Below the pieces are notes generated by a model that was not told the origin of the DNA, did no database searches, and saw only the letters and a program-made list of their open reading frames with translations. Source: an uncultured Actinomycetota bacterium (GTDB lineage Bacteria > Actinomycetota > Aquicultoria > CAYFWW01). Taken from it: DNA of 64,000 nt. The position numbers and the translations under genes are program-made. This document shows, in pieces, positions 47,938-57,785 of the stretch (positions are counted from its first letter, which is position 1; the number at the start of each line of letters is the position of its first letter). The stretch covers positions 17,206 to 81,205 of the forward strand of contig CAYFWW010000005.1 in assembly GCA_964346985.1 (NCBI GenBank). The letters run 5' to 3'.

Positions 47938-49290
47938 ATGGATTTATTTGATCAGCAGATTAATGAATATCTCGAAAAAAATGCACCTTTAGCCTACAGG
48001 CTTCGGCCAAAAAAAATTGAGGACTTTATTGGCCAAAATGAAATTATTGGCCCGGGTAGAATTTTAAGAAGAGCAATTGAGCAAGACCTGATTCAATCTG
48101 CAATTTTTTGGGGTCCTCCAGGGAGTGGTAAGACAACTTTAGCAGAAATAATTGCTAATATAACAAAAAAACATTTTGTAAAACTTAGCGCAGTAAGTTC
48201 GGATGTTGCTGAAGTCAGAAGAGTTATTTCAGGGGCAAAAGATAGAAACATTATTGATAACCTGGGAACAGTTGTCTTTATTGATGAAATACATCGTTTT
48301 AATAAAAACCAGCAAGATGCTTTACTCCCCGCAGTTGAAGAAGGATTAATAACTTTAATAGGGGCAACTACTGAAAATCCTTTCTTTGAGGTTAATGCGC
48401 CACTTTTATCCCGTTCAAGAATATTTCAGTTTAAACCACTCAACAAAGAAGAAATTAATCAAATCTACACAAGAGCACTTACGGATAAAGAAAAAGGATT
48501 AAAAAAGTACAATTTAAAGATTGAAAAAAAAGCTAAAGAGCATCTTTTAAATTCAGCTAATGGGGATGCCAGGTTATTATTGAATGCTCTGGAATTCTTG
48601 GCAATTGCTGTAGAAGAAGGTAAAAATAAAGAGCGAAATGTTTCTATTGATGAGGCTGAAGAAGCTGTTCAAAAAAGATATGTTGCTTATGATAAAAGAG
48701 GAGACGATCATTATGATACTATCTCAGCTTTTATTAAGAGCATTAGAGGCTCAGATCCAGATGCAGCAGTTTTTTGGTTAAGTAAAATGCTTTATGCAGG
48801 TGAAGATCCAAAGATTATTGCCCGACGATTAATTATTTCTGCATCTGAAGATATAGGACTTGCTGATTCCAATGCACTGAATATTGCTGTTTCTGCAGCT
48901 CAAGCTGTTGATTTTGTAGGCTTGCCGGAAGCCAGAATAAATTTGGCCCAGGCAACAATATATCTTGCATTAGCTCCAAAAAGTAATTCATCATATCTGG
49001 CAATAAAAAAAGCTTTTGATGATGTTGAGAAAAAACATGCTATTGAGGTTCCGGATAGATTAAAAGACAGCAGTTATAAGGGTGCAAAATTTATTGGCCA
49101 TGGTCAAGGTTATCTTTATCCTCATGACTATGAAAATCATTACATTGATCAAGAATACCTGCCTTCAAACTTAAAGGATGCTCGCTATTACCAACCAACA
49201 GCAGAGGGTGAAGAGAAAATAAAAGTCAGCCAGTGGTTAAAAAGAAAAAATGTAGAAAATAAGAATCAAAGGTCCGAGAAGAAAGGCTAG
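47938..49290 (+). CDS. rarA: Replication-associated recombination protein A (AAA+ ATPase RarA/MgsA)
   Basis: Walker A GPPGSGKTT, Walker B VVFIDEIHRF, and a MgsA-type C-terminal domain. An in-frame GTG at 47923 is the alternative start. Confidence 0.9.
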   Translation: MDLFDQQINEYLEKNAPLAYRLRPKKIEDFIGQNEIIGPGRILRRAIEQDLIQSAIFWGPPGSGKTTLAEIIANITKKHFVKLSAVSSDVAEVRRVISGAKDRNIIDNLGTVVFIDEIHRFNKNQQDALLPAVEEGLITLIGATTENPFFEVNAPLLSRSRIFQFKPLNKEEINQIYTRALTDKEKGLKKYNLKIEKKAKEHLLNSANGDARLLLNALEFLAIAVEEGKNKERNVSIDEAEEAVQKRYVAYDKRGDDHYDTISAFIKSIRGSDPDAAVFWLSKMLYAGEDPKIIARRLIISASEDIGLADSNALNIAVSAAQAVDFVGLPEARINLAQATIYLALAPKSNSSYLAIKKAFDDVEKKHAIEVPDRLKDSSYKGAKFIGHGQGYLYPHDYENHYIDQEYLPSNLKDARYYQPTAEGEEKIKVSQWLKRKNVENKNQRSEKKG

Positions 49291-49293
49291 GTT

Positions 49294-49650
49294 TTGTCTC
49301 CGTTAGCAACAAATACTTTTATTGCTATTTTTATTATGCTTGGGATTTTTGCTATTGCTGCTCTTATTTATCTGATAATAACAATGAGAAATATAAACAG
49401 ATTTGTAATTTTTATGGAAAAAGAAGCAACTCCTGTATTATCAAGGCTGCAAAAAACTTTAGAAAAATTAGGAGACGAACTTGATAAAACTGTTGATATA
49501 ATAAATGATGTTCATAAAGTGAGTGAGAGAGTTAATTTAACTATTCAACTGGTGCAGGAAATAGTTACCTCTCCATTCGTTAAACTGGCCGGCTTATCTG
49601 CTGGAGCGAAAAAGATTATACAATCCTTACGTCAAAAGGAAAATGAATAG
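49294..49650 (+). CDS. DUF948 domain-containing membrane-anchored protein; TTG start
   Basis: 118 aa. N-terminal TM helix followed by a helical region with …LSRLQKTLEKLGDELDKTVDIINDV…, the DUF948 pattern. Confidence 0.55.
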   Translation: MSPLATNTFIAIFIMLGIFAIAALIYLIITMRNINRFVIFMEKEATPVLSRLQKTLEKLGDELDKTVDIINDVHKVSERVNLTIQLVQEIVTSPFVKLAGLSAGAKKIIQSLRQKENE

Positions 49651-49686
49651 CAGTAAATCAAAAAAACAAATTTTTAAGGAGGTTTA

Positions 49687-50805
49687 ATGGCAACAACAAA
49701 AAAACCCTCAAGTAAAAATTTTGATAATATTCTTATCTGGCAAAGAAGAATTTGGTTTCTGGTTGGCACCTTAATCCTGATTATCGTTTTATTTTATCTT
49801 TTGAATTTCTTAAAACCTGTAATCACACCTTTTGTCTATGCATTGGCCATAGTCTATATTCTTAAACCGATTGTTGATTTTTTTCAAGATAAAGGAATTC
49901 CTCGGATATTTGCTGTCATTTTAGCCTATTTATTATTCATTTTTATTGTTTCTCTATTCTTAATCTATATTATTCCGATAATTATTGATCAATTTCGAGG
50001 TTTGATTTCATCAATTCCAACTTATATTGAACTAATTGAAAAAAAGGCTCTACTTTATTTAAAAGAAATTGGTAAGATGCATTTACCCTTTGACCTAAAG
50101 AAATTACTAGCGGATTTATTGGATAGGTTAAAAGAGCCCGGGCTAGCTTTTTTTGGACGTATACCCGGATATACAGCTAATGTTGTATCTAGCTTTTTTA
50201 ATATTGTAATCGCTCCGATTTTAGCTTTTTATATATTGAAGGATTATGAACAAATTAGGTTGAATATCCGTAATTTAATACCCATGCGTTACCGAGAAGA
50301 AGTAACTACTGGTATTACCAAGATTGATGAGGTTATTTCAAATTACTTAAAAGGCCAGATTTTTGTTGCCTTAATAGTCGGTTTTCTTATGACTATTGGA
50401 CTTTATATACTGGGAATCGATTATGCATTGATAATAGGAATGATTGGCGGTATTGCTAATATTGTTCCTTATTTAGGCCCTATAATAGGGGCAATACCAG
50501 CTATAATAATCGCCTTTTTTGAGAAGCCTATTTTAGCTTTATGGGTAATAATAGTAATGATAATTATTCAACAAGTTGACAGTTTTCTTATTTCACCTAA
50601 TATTATGAAAAAGCAAATGGACTTACACCCGGCTTTAATAGTCTTCGCTCTTATGGTAGGCGGAATAATTTGGGGAATTCTCGGAATGCTCCTAGCTATT
50701 CCAATAACGGCAGCCGGAAAAGCTGTTATGATGTACTACATAGAAAAATCTCCTTATTATCAGGAGGATAATATAAAAGATGAAACACCAGGAGATAAGA
50801 GATAA
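49687..50805 (+). CDS. AI-2E family transporter (UPF0118)
   Basis: 372 aa, eight TM helices, AI-2E-type topology. GGAGG ribosome-binding site. Confidence 0.8.
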   Translation: MATTKKPSSKNFDNILIWQRRIWFLVGTLILIIVLFYLLNFLKPVITPFVYALAIVYILKPIVDFFQDKGIPRIFAVILAYLLFIFIVSLFLIYIIPIIIDQFRGLISSIPTYIELIEKKALLYLKEIGKMHLPFDLKKLLADLLDRLKEPGLAFFGRIPGYTANVVSSFFNIVIAPILAFYILKDYEQIRLNIRNLIPMRYREEVTTGITKIDEVISNYLKGQIFVALIVGFLMTIGLYILGIDYALIIGMIGGIANIVPYLGPIIGAIPAIIIAFFEKPILALWVIIVMIIIQQVDSFLISPNIMKKQMDLHPALIVFALMVGGIIWGILGMLLAIPITAAGKAVMMYYIEKSPYYQEDNIKDETPGDKR

Positions 50806-53419
50806 TTTTTTATCATTTTTTAAAAAAAGAGATCATACTATAGTAAAAAGTTCTTCTTTGATACCCAATGATCCAACAATGCTCCTGACAGGTGCGGGCA
50901 TGGTTCAGTTTAAACCGATTTTTTTGGGTAACCAAAAAGCTGATTATAATAGAGCTGCTTCTGCTCAAAAATGTGTTAGGACTACTGACATTGATAACGT
51001 TGGTAAAACCGCTAGGCATCTAACTTTTTTTGAAATGCTTGGTAATTTTTCATTTGGGGATTATTTTAAAGAAAAAGCTATTCCTTGGTGCTGGGAATTG
51101 CTTGTGGATGAATATAAACTTGATCCAGAAAAACTTTGGATAACTATTTATAATGATGACGATGAAGCTGCTGAAATATGGCAGAATGAAGCTGGAATTT
51201 CCTCAAATAAGATAGTCCGCCTTGGTGAAGATGATAATTTTTGGGCAGCCGGACCAACCGGTCCTTGCGGGCCTTGCTCAGAAATAATTTTTGACTTTGG
51301 GAAAGAGCGGGCGTGCAGTTCAAATTGTAGTGTTGGTTGTGATTGTGATCGATTTTTAGAAGTCTGGAATTTAGTATTTATGCAGTACGACCGGGACGAA
51401 AACGGTAAATTAAATCCATTGCCGAAAAAAGGAATAGATACCGGAATGGGATTAGAAAGGCTTGCTTCGCTTCTCCAGAATTCAAACACAAATTTTGAGA
51501 CAGATATTATATGGCCTTTAATAGAAAATTTGGTTGAATTATCTGGCCAAGAGTATGAAAAAGAGGATAAATATAAAACCTCAATGAGGATAATTGCTGA
51601 TCATTCTAGAGCTATAACGTTTTTAATTGGAGACGGAGTTATTCCCACAAACGATGGCAGAGGGTATATTTTAAGGAGGCTTCTCAGGAGAACAATTAGA
51701 CACGGAAAGATTATAGGAGTTGATAAGCCTTTTCTTAAAACTATGGTTGAAACTGTGATGGAATCAATGGGTTCTGTCTATCCTGAAATAATTGAGAATA
51801 AAGATTTTATTCTTAAGATAGTACAGAGCGAAGAAGAGCGCTTTAATCAAACATTACGCCAGGGCTTAAGGTTAATAGAAAAAAATATATCTGAATTAGC
51901 TAAAGAAAATAAGAAAGAATTATCTGGTGAAACGGCATTTAAACTGTATGATACTTATGGTTTTCCACTAGAACTTACTGAAGAGATAGCTTCTGAAAGT
52001 GGACTAAAAATTAAAAAAGAAGAATATGAGAAATTGATGGAAAAGCAGAGAAAAACAGGTAGATCGGCCTGGCAAGAATCAGGCTGGGAAGTTAAAGAGA
52101 AACTATACTCAGATTTAGCGAAAAAACTACCCAAGTCTGAGTTTAGTGGTTATGAAGAAGAAGAGACGCAAACAAAAATTTATGCGATTATCAAAAATGG
52201 AAAGCTATGTGATCAACTTAAGAAAAATGATGAGGGTGAAATCGTTTTAGAAAAAACTCCTTTTTATGCAGAAAAAGGAGGTCAAATTGCTGATAAAGGA
52301 TTAATTAAGACCGAGTCTGGGGAATTCGAGGTTTTAGATACTCAAGAGCAAATAGAGGGATTGATCCTACATATGGGTAGAGTAACCAAAGGCAGTATTG
52401 AAAAAACAAATTCTGCTAAAGCCATAATTGAAATTAGACGCAGGCAATTAATTGCCAGAAATCATACGGCAACACATTTATTGCATTGGGCATTGAGATT
52501 AGTTCTTGGTTCTCATGTAAAGCAAGCTGGTTCTTTTGTCGGGCACGATCATCTGCGTTTTGACTTTTCACATTTTCAAGCTATGAATGATGATGAGATA
52601 AAAAAAGTCGAAAATCTTGTTAACCAGAAGATTATTGAAAACCACCCAGTGAGATGTTTTATTACTACTCAAGACTATGCACGTGATATAGGAGCAATTG
52701 CCCTGTTTGGCGAGAAGTATGATGAATATGTCAGAGTTGTTGAATCTGGAAATTTTCATAAGGAGTTATGTGGCGGAACTCACGTTGTTTCAACAGGGGT
52801 TATAGGATTATTTAAAATTTCCTCTGAAACTTCTATTGGGTCTAACTTAAGAAGAATTGAAGCGGTCACATCTCGAAAAGCCATTGAAATTATAAACGAT
52901 AAAGAAAATATAATTAAGAAAATTGAATCTAGACTTGAAACCAATCTAGAACAAATTCCTGAAAAAATTGATTCTTTAGTGGATGAATTAAAAGATACAA
53001 AACAAAAGATTAGTAAAATGCAATCAAAGCAGATAAAGGATGATTTAAGTAAATTATTGAAAGATATTGTGGAAATAAACGGTTACAAGGTTGTGGTGGC
53101 CAAAATAGATGCTTCGGATATGGAAGAATTAAGGTATTATACTGATTTAATCAGAGATGAAACTAAAAGCTGCGTGGTTTTACTTGGCTCGATTACCAAT
53201 GGTAAAGTTCTACTAATTGCTGCAGCAACAAAGGATATAGCCGGTAAAGGCTTCAGCTCTAAAGAATTGATACAAAATGTTGCCCCGCTTGTCGGCGGTG
53301 GAGGCGGAGGCAAGAATGACCTTGCTCAAGCTGGTGGACGAAAAATTGAGAAAATAGATGAAGCTCTTTCGAAAGGGAAAGAATATATTATTGAATTTTT
53401 TACCGGTGATGATAATTGA
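50780..53419 (+). CDS. alaS: Alanine--tRNA ligase
   Basis: 879 aa. MKHQEIRDNFLSFFKKRDH… N-terminus, editing-domain HxxxH/CxxxH zinc motifs, and a C-terminal DHHA1 (GGGGG) region. Confidence 0.95.
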   Translation: MKHQEIRDNFLSFFKKRDHTIVKSSSLIPNDPTMLLTGAGMVQFKPIFLGNQKADYNRAASAQKCVRTTDIDNVGKTARHLTFFEMLGNFSFGDYFKEKAIPWCWELLVDEYKLDPEKLWITIYNDDDEAAEIWQNEAGISSNKIVRLGEDDNFWAAGPTGPCGPCSEIIFDFGKERACSSNCSVGCDCDRFLEVWNLVFMQYDRDENGKLNPLPKKGIDTGMGLERLASLLQNSNTNFETDIIWPLIENLVELSGQEYEKEDKYKTSMRIIADHSRAITFLIGDGVIPTNDGRGYILRRLLRRTIRHGKIIGVDKPFLKTMVETVMESMGSVYPEIIENKDFILKIVQSEEERFNQTLRQGLRLIEKNISELAKENKKELSGETAFKLYDTYGFPLELTEEIASESGLKIKKEEYEKLMEKQRKTGRSAWQESGWEVKEKLYSDLAKKLPKSEFSGYEEEETQTKIYAIIKNGKLCDQLKKNDEGEIVLEKTPFYAEKGGQIADKGLIKTESGEFEVLDTQEQIEGLILHMGRVTKGSIEKTNSAKAIIEIRRRQLIARNHTATHLLHWALRLVLGSHVKQAGSFVGHDHLRFDFSHFQAMNDDEIKKVENLVNQKIIENHPVRCFITTQDYARDIGAIALFGEKYDEYVRVVESGNFHKELCGGTHVVSTGVIGLFKISSETSIGSNLRRIEAVTSRKAIEIINDKENIIKKIESRLETNLEQIPEKIDSLVDELKDTKQKISKMQSKQIKDDLSKLLKDIVEINGYKVVVAKIDASDMEELRYYTDLIRDETKSCVVLLGSITNGKVLLIAAATKDIAGKGFSSKELIQNVAPLVGGGGGGKNDLAQAGGRKIEKIDEALSKGKEYIIEFFTGDDN

Positions 53420-53844
53420 GAATTCTTGCCATTGATATTGGCACAAAAAGAATCGGGCTAGCTTTATCTGATAAATTTGAAATTACCGCTAGCGCATATT
53501 CAGTCATAGAGAGCTCTAACCCGGAAAGTGATCTGCTTGAGATTAAAAAGATTATCAAAAAGGAAAATGTACAAGAAATTATAGTAGGAGTTCCCTTTTC
53601 TTTGCAAGGTGCTGAAAACTCTCAAGCAAAATCAGCCCTTGATTTTATTGATTTTCTTCAAAAAAATCTTTCTATCCCGGTCAAGAAATGGGATGAAAGA
53701 TTAAGTACAGTTGAAGCAGAAAAAGTTCTTATTGATGCAGATATATCAAGAAAGAACAGAAAAAAAGTAATTGATAAGATTACAGCGGCAATTATTTTAG
53801 ATAGTTATTTAAAATATAAAAGAATCAAGAAAGGAATTGAATAG
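53416..53844 (+). CDS. ruvX: Putative pre-16S rRNA nuclease / Holliday-junction-resolvase-like YqgF; TTG start
   Basis: MRILAIDIGTKRIGLALSD… RNase-H-like fold. Directly after alaS, as in Bacillus. Confidence 0.85.
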   Translation: MRILAIDIGTKRIGLALSDKFEITASAYSVIESSNPESDLLEIKKIIKKENVQEIIVGVPFSLQGAENSQAKSALDFIDFLQKNLSIPVKKWDERLSTVEAEKVLIDADISRKNRKKVIDKITAAIILDSYLKYKRIKKGIE

Positions 53845-54868
53845 GATTAGAAAGAAAATAATATTAATTTTTCCTGTTATATTTATTGTATTAATTTTGC
53901 TTGTTTTAGTAATACTATTTTCTGATTTTGGTAGGCTTAATATAGAAGAGAATCAAAATGAAAAAGTTCAGGTAAATATTAATCCTGGAATGAGCACCTC
54001 AGAAATTGCTGCCTTGCTAAAAAAAGAAGGAGTAATATCAAGTATAACTGCATTTAAAATTCAAATTTATCTTAAAGATGCAAGTAGCAAATTACAGGCT
54101 GGCCGCTATCTTATGAAAAAAAATATGTCTAATCAGGAAGCTATTGAAACATTAATTAAAGGCCCAGAAGAGAAATTTTATAGTCTTCCTGTTCCCGAGG
54201 GTTTTTTATTGAAACAAATTGCAGATAGGGTGGGAAGCAGGACTCCTTTGGACAAAGATCTTTTTTATAAAATAGCTAATAGTGAAGCAAGCAAATTTAA
54301 GAGTAAATATAAGTTTTTATCTCATTTACCTGGCAATTCATTAGAGGGATATTTATTTCCCCGGACTTATTTGGTAAAGGAGACAACCAGTGAGGAAGAT
54401 TTAATTCAAGATATGCTGGAGCAATACGAAATTCAAACCAAAAATCTACCTTGGAAGAATATAGAGAAATTAAAAATTAGTTATCACGATGTCATAATTA
54501 TTGCTTCATTAATTGAAAAAGAAGCAAAGGTTGAAGAAGAAAGGCCAAAAGTTTCTGCTGTAATTTATAACCGGCTGAAAAAGAAAATGTTTCTTCAAAT
54601 TTGTGCTACAGTTCAGTATTCTTTACCCGCCTGGAAAGAAAAACTGACAAATGAAGATTTGAAAATCAACTCGCCTTACAATACCTATATAAACAAAGGT
54701 TTACCGCCCGGGCCTATATCAAATCCGGGTTTGCCCTCATTAAATGCAGCTTTAAATCCAGAAAAATCAGATTACCTCTATTATGTTCTAACCAAAGATG
54801 ATAAACACTTTTTTACGTCAAGTTATAAAGAATTTTTAGAAGCTAAACAAAAGTATAATAATAAATAG
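53837..54868 (+). CDS. mltG: Endolytic murein transglycosylase MltG (YceG-like); TTG start
   Basis: N-terminal TM helix, LysM-like segment, YceG domain (…AGRYLMKKNMS…, …PGPISNPG…). Confidence 0.85.
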   Translation: MNRIRKKIILIFPVIFIVLILLVLVILFSDFGRLNIEENQNEKVQVNINPGMSTSEIAALLKKEGVISSITAFKIQIYLKDASSKLQAGRYLMKKNMSNQEAIETLIKGPEEKFYSLPVPEGFLLKQIADRVGSRTPLDKDLFYKIANSEASKFKSKYKFLSHLPGNSLEGYLFPRTYLVKETTSEEDLIQDMLEQYEIQTKNLPWKNIEKLKISYHDVIIIASLIEKEAKVEEERPKVSAVIYNRLKKKMFLQICATVQYSLPAWKEKLTNEDLKINSPYNTYINKGLPPGPISNPGLPSLNAALNPEKSDYLYYVLTKDDKHFFTSSYKEFLEAKQKYNNK

Positions 54869-54895
54869 GTGTTTATTCTGTCTTATGGAGAATTT

Positions 54896-56098
54896 ATGAA
54901 AAAACCGGAACTTCTGGCACCGGCAGGTAATCTGGAAAAACTTGAATATGCTATTGCTTATGGCGCAGATGCGGTATATATAGGAAGTTTTGAATATAGC
55001 CTGCGAGCAGCCGCGGATAACTTTAACTTATCTCAAGTAAAAGAAGCTGTTAAAATAGCACATAGAAATGATAAAAATATTTATCTTGCCTTGAATATCT
55101 TTGCTTTTAATGATGATATTAAAGATTTAGTCAGATATTTAAAAGAGCTAAAAAAGATAAAGCTCGACGCCTTAATAGTTAGCGACCCAGGTATTTTGAA
55201 ATTAGCTATGGAAAATGCTCCAGAGATTCCAATTCACCTTAGTGTTCAATCAAATGTAATGAATATACAAGCAGCAAAATTTTGGCAAAGCCTAAAGATA
55301 AAAAGGCTAACTTTAGCTCGTGAATTATCACTTGATGATGTAAAGGTAATTACTCAAAATGTCGATATAGAGACAGAAATATTCATACATGGAGCAATGT
55401 GCATAGCATATTCGGGCAGATGCCTTATCAGTAACTATTTTACTGGAAGGAATGCAAATAGAGGAGATTGTGCTCAAAGCTGCCGTTGGAAATACTATTT
55501 GCTTGAAGAAATGAGACCCGGTATTTTTTGTAAAGTAGAAGAAACAGATGAGGGAATTTACTTATTTAATTCAAAAGATCTTTGTTTAATAAGAAGAATA
55601 CCGGAATTAATAAAGTCAGGAATTGATAGTTTTAAAATTGAAGGGAGAAATAAAAGCCTACATTACCTGACAACTGCAGTTGGTACGTATCGACGGTTTA
55701 TAGATAATTTTTTTAATAATAAAGATAAGGTAGAGGTGAGGCCAGAATTTATTGAAGAACTTGAAAAAATAAATAGGCGAGGATACACAGAAGGATTTAT
55801 TGCTAAAGATGGAGCTATGGAAGACTTTAAAAAAAGAGCTATAAGTCAAAGTGTTGAATTTATAGGACTGGCAGATCAAAACGCAGATGATGTTATAAAT
55901 GTAAGGAATTGTTTTAAAAAAGGCGATTTCATTGAAGTATTTTGGCCTACCGGTGAGCTAGAATTATTAAGAGTTGAAAAAATTCAACTTGTTGATACTG
56001 GAAAAGAGATAAATACTGCCAACCCAAACATGAATGTCCGACTTAATGACAAAGTTTTTCCTAAGTGGTCTATACTAAGAAAAAGGATAGTAAAATAA
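54896..56098 (+). CDS. Peptidase U32 family protein
   Basis: …KPELLAPAGNLEKLEYAIAYGADAVYIG… canonical U32 N-terminus and an E-x-F-x-H-G-A-x-C motif. An ATG at 54896 with a GGAG ribosome-binding site is preferred over the GTG at 54869. Confidence 0.85.
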   Translation: MKKPELLAPAGNLEKLEYAIAYGADAVYIGSFEYSLRAAADNFNLSQVKEAVKIAHRNDKNIYLALNIFAFNDDIKDLVRYLKELKKIKLDALIVSDPGILKLAMENAPEIPIHLSVQSNVMNIQAAKFWQSLKIKRLTLARELSLDDVKVITQNVDIETEIFIHGAMCIAYSGRCLISNYFTGRNANRGDCAQSCRWKYYLLEEMRPGIFCKVEETDEGIYLFNSKDLCLIRRIPELIKSGIDSFKIEGRNKSLHYLTTAVGTYRRFIDNFFNNKDKVEVRPEFIEELEKINRRGYTEGFIAKDGAMEDFKKRAISQSVEFIGLADQNADDVINVRNCFKKGDFIEVFWPTGELELLRVEKIQLVDTGKEINTANPNMNVRLNDKVFPKWSILRKRIVK

Positions 56099-56127
56099 TT
56101 TTTAGGTAAGGAAAAGTGTGAAAAAAG

Positions 56128-56649
56128 TTGCTATTTAAAATGTTATATCCTGATTTAATAAATGATTCGATATTTGATTTGAACTTTGAGAAATTAACAA
56201 ATATTGGAATCTGTGCTTTGATAGTAGATTTAGACAACACGATGATTCCTCGTGATCATGATAAAACTAATCCTTTACTGAAGAAATGGGTAATAAAAGC
56301 ACAGGAGCATGATATGAAAATTTGTATTATTTCAAATAATGTACATAAAAGGGTAAAGGTTATTGCCGATGAATTAAACTTGCCATTAGTTTCTAGCGCT
56401 ATTAAACCATTTAGTATGGCTTTTAAAAAAGGCTTGAAAATACTTGATAGTTGCCCGGAGGAAACAGCAGTAATTGGCGATCAAATTTTTACTGACGTAC
56501 TTGGAGGAAATTTAGCAGGAATGACAACTGTACTTGTTGAGCCTTTAAGTGATGTTGACCTTATACATACCAAAGCGTTAAGGATTATTGAGCGATTTAT
56601 TATCAAGATTAGAAATAGAAAGTATAAGATTGATGGAAATGGCCATTAA
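56128..56649 (+). CDS. yqeG: YqeG-type HAD-IIIA phosphatase; TTG start
   Basis: DLDNTM HAD motif I, SNN motif and a GDQIFTD motif. Confidence 0.8.
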   Translation: MLFKMLYPDLINDSIFDLNFEKLTNIGICALIVDLDNTMIPRDHDKTNPLLKKWVIKAQEHDMKICIISNNVHKRVKVIADELNLPLVSSAIKPFSMAFKKGLKILDSCPEETAVIGDQIFTDVLGGNLAGMTTVLVEPLSDVDLIHTKALRIIERFIIKIRNRKYKIDGNGH

Positions 56650-56917
56650 AAATGTGCATTTTTATGTTAATGGAATAGTCCAGGGTGTTGGGTTTAGATA
56701 TTATGCAATGCGTCATGCAAACAAAAATAACTTAAAGGGATATGTTAAAAATACAAATGACGGAAGGGTTGAAGTTGAAGTCGAGGGAGATGAAGTAGAG
56801 ATTAATTATTTTTTATCAAGTCTTGAAGTTGGACCGCAAATGTCAGAGGTTAAAAAAATCAGTGATTTAACCGAGCAAGAAATAAAAGAATATGCAAGTT
56901 TTGAGATAAGGTTTTAA
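56633..56917 (+). CDS. acyP: Acylphosphatase
   Basis: …VNGIVQGVGFRYYA…GYVKNTNDGRVEV… acylphosphatase signatures. About 94 aa. Overlaps the yqeG stop. Confidence 0.75.
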   Translation: MEMAIKNVHFYVNGIVQGVGFRYYAMRHANKNNLKGYVKNTNDGRVEVEVEGDEVEINYFLSSLEVGPQMSEVKKISDLTEQEIKEYASFEIRF

Positions 56918-56920
56918 AAA

Positions 56921-57784
56921 ATGACTAAGATAAAACAAAAACTTTGCGGAATAATAGGATATCCACTTACTCATTCGCTCTCACCTATTATGCACAATAA
57001 AGCTTTTGCAGATGTCGGCCTTGATTGGTTCTATATGCCTTTTACTGTTAAAGAAGAAGATTTAAAGGATGCTTTAAAAGGCTTTAAAGCAATAGGGGTA
57101 ATAGGACTTAATGTTACCATGCCTTATAAAAAGAAAGTAATACCATATTTAGATGAAATTGCCCATTATGCAAATTTAGTCGGAGCAGTGAATACTATCC
57201 ATTACATTGAGGATAAAATAGTCGGTTATAACACAGATGGAAGAGGATTTATAGATGCAATTACAGAGGGGTTTAAGTTTATATCAGAAGACAAAAAAAT
57301 TCTACTTATTGGTGCGGGAGGTGCAGCTAGAGCAGTCGCAGTAAGTTTAGCAATGGAAGGGGCAAAGTCTATTATTATAGCCAACAGAACATTTGAGCAT
57401 GCCAATGACATAAAAGAGATTTTAGATAACCATTTTTCTAAATGTGAATCTAAAGTAGTTTCATTAGATAAGTCAATTAATCAGTATTTTAAAAACGTTG
57501 ACATGATTGTAAATGCTACACCGATTGGAATGTACGATAATGAAAAGGAAATACCTTTTTCCTTTAATAATTTTACCGAAAATCATTATGTTATCGATCT
57601 TATTTATAAACCATTACAGACCGAGTTCTTAAAAAGGGCAAAAGAAAGAGGAGCAAAAACAGCTAACGGCCTAGATATGCTTATTTATCAAGGAGCTGCT
57701 GCTTTTAAAATTTGGACAAATATAGATGCCCCGATTGAAGTTATGAAAAAAGCTATAATCGAAGAGATTAAGGGAGCCAATTAA
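56921..57784 (+). CDS. aroE: Shikimate dehydrogenase
   Basis: …GIIGYPLTHSLSPIMHN… substrate-binding N-terminus and a GAGGAARA NADP Rossmann motif. Confidence 0.9.
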   Translation: MTKIKQKLCGIIGYPLTHSLSPIMHNKAFADVGLDWFYMPFTVKEEDLKDALKGFKAIGVIGLNVTMPYKKKVIPYLDEIAHYANLVGAVNTIHYIEDKIVGYNTDGRGFIDAITEGFKFISEDKKILLIGAGGAARAVAVSLAMEGAKSIIIANRTFEHANDIKEILDNHFSKCESKVVSLDKSINQYFKNVDMIVNATPIGMYDNEKEIPFSFNNFTENHYVIDLIYKPLQTEFLKRAKERGAKTANGLDMLIYQGAAAFKIWTNIDAPIEVMKKAIIEEIKGAN

Positions 57785-57785
57785 A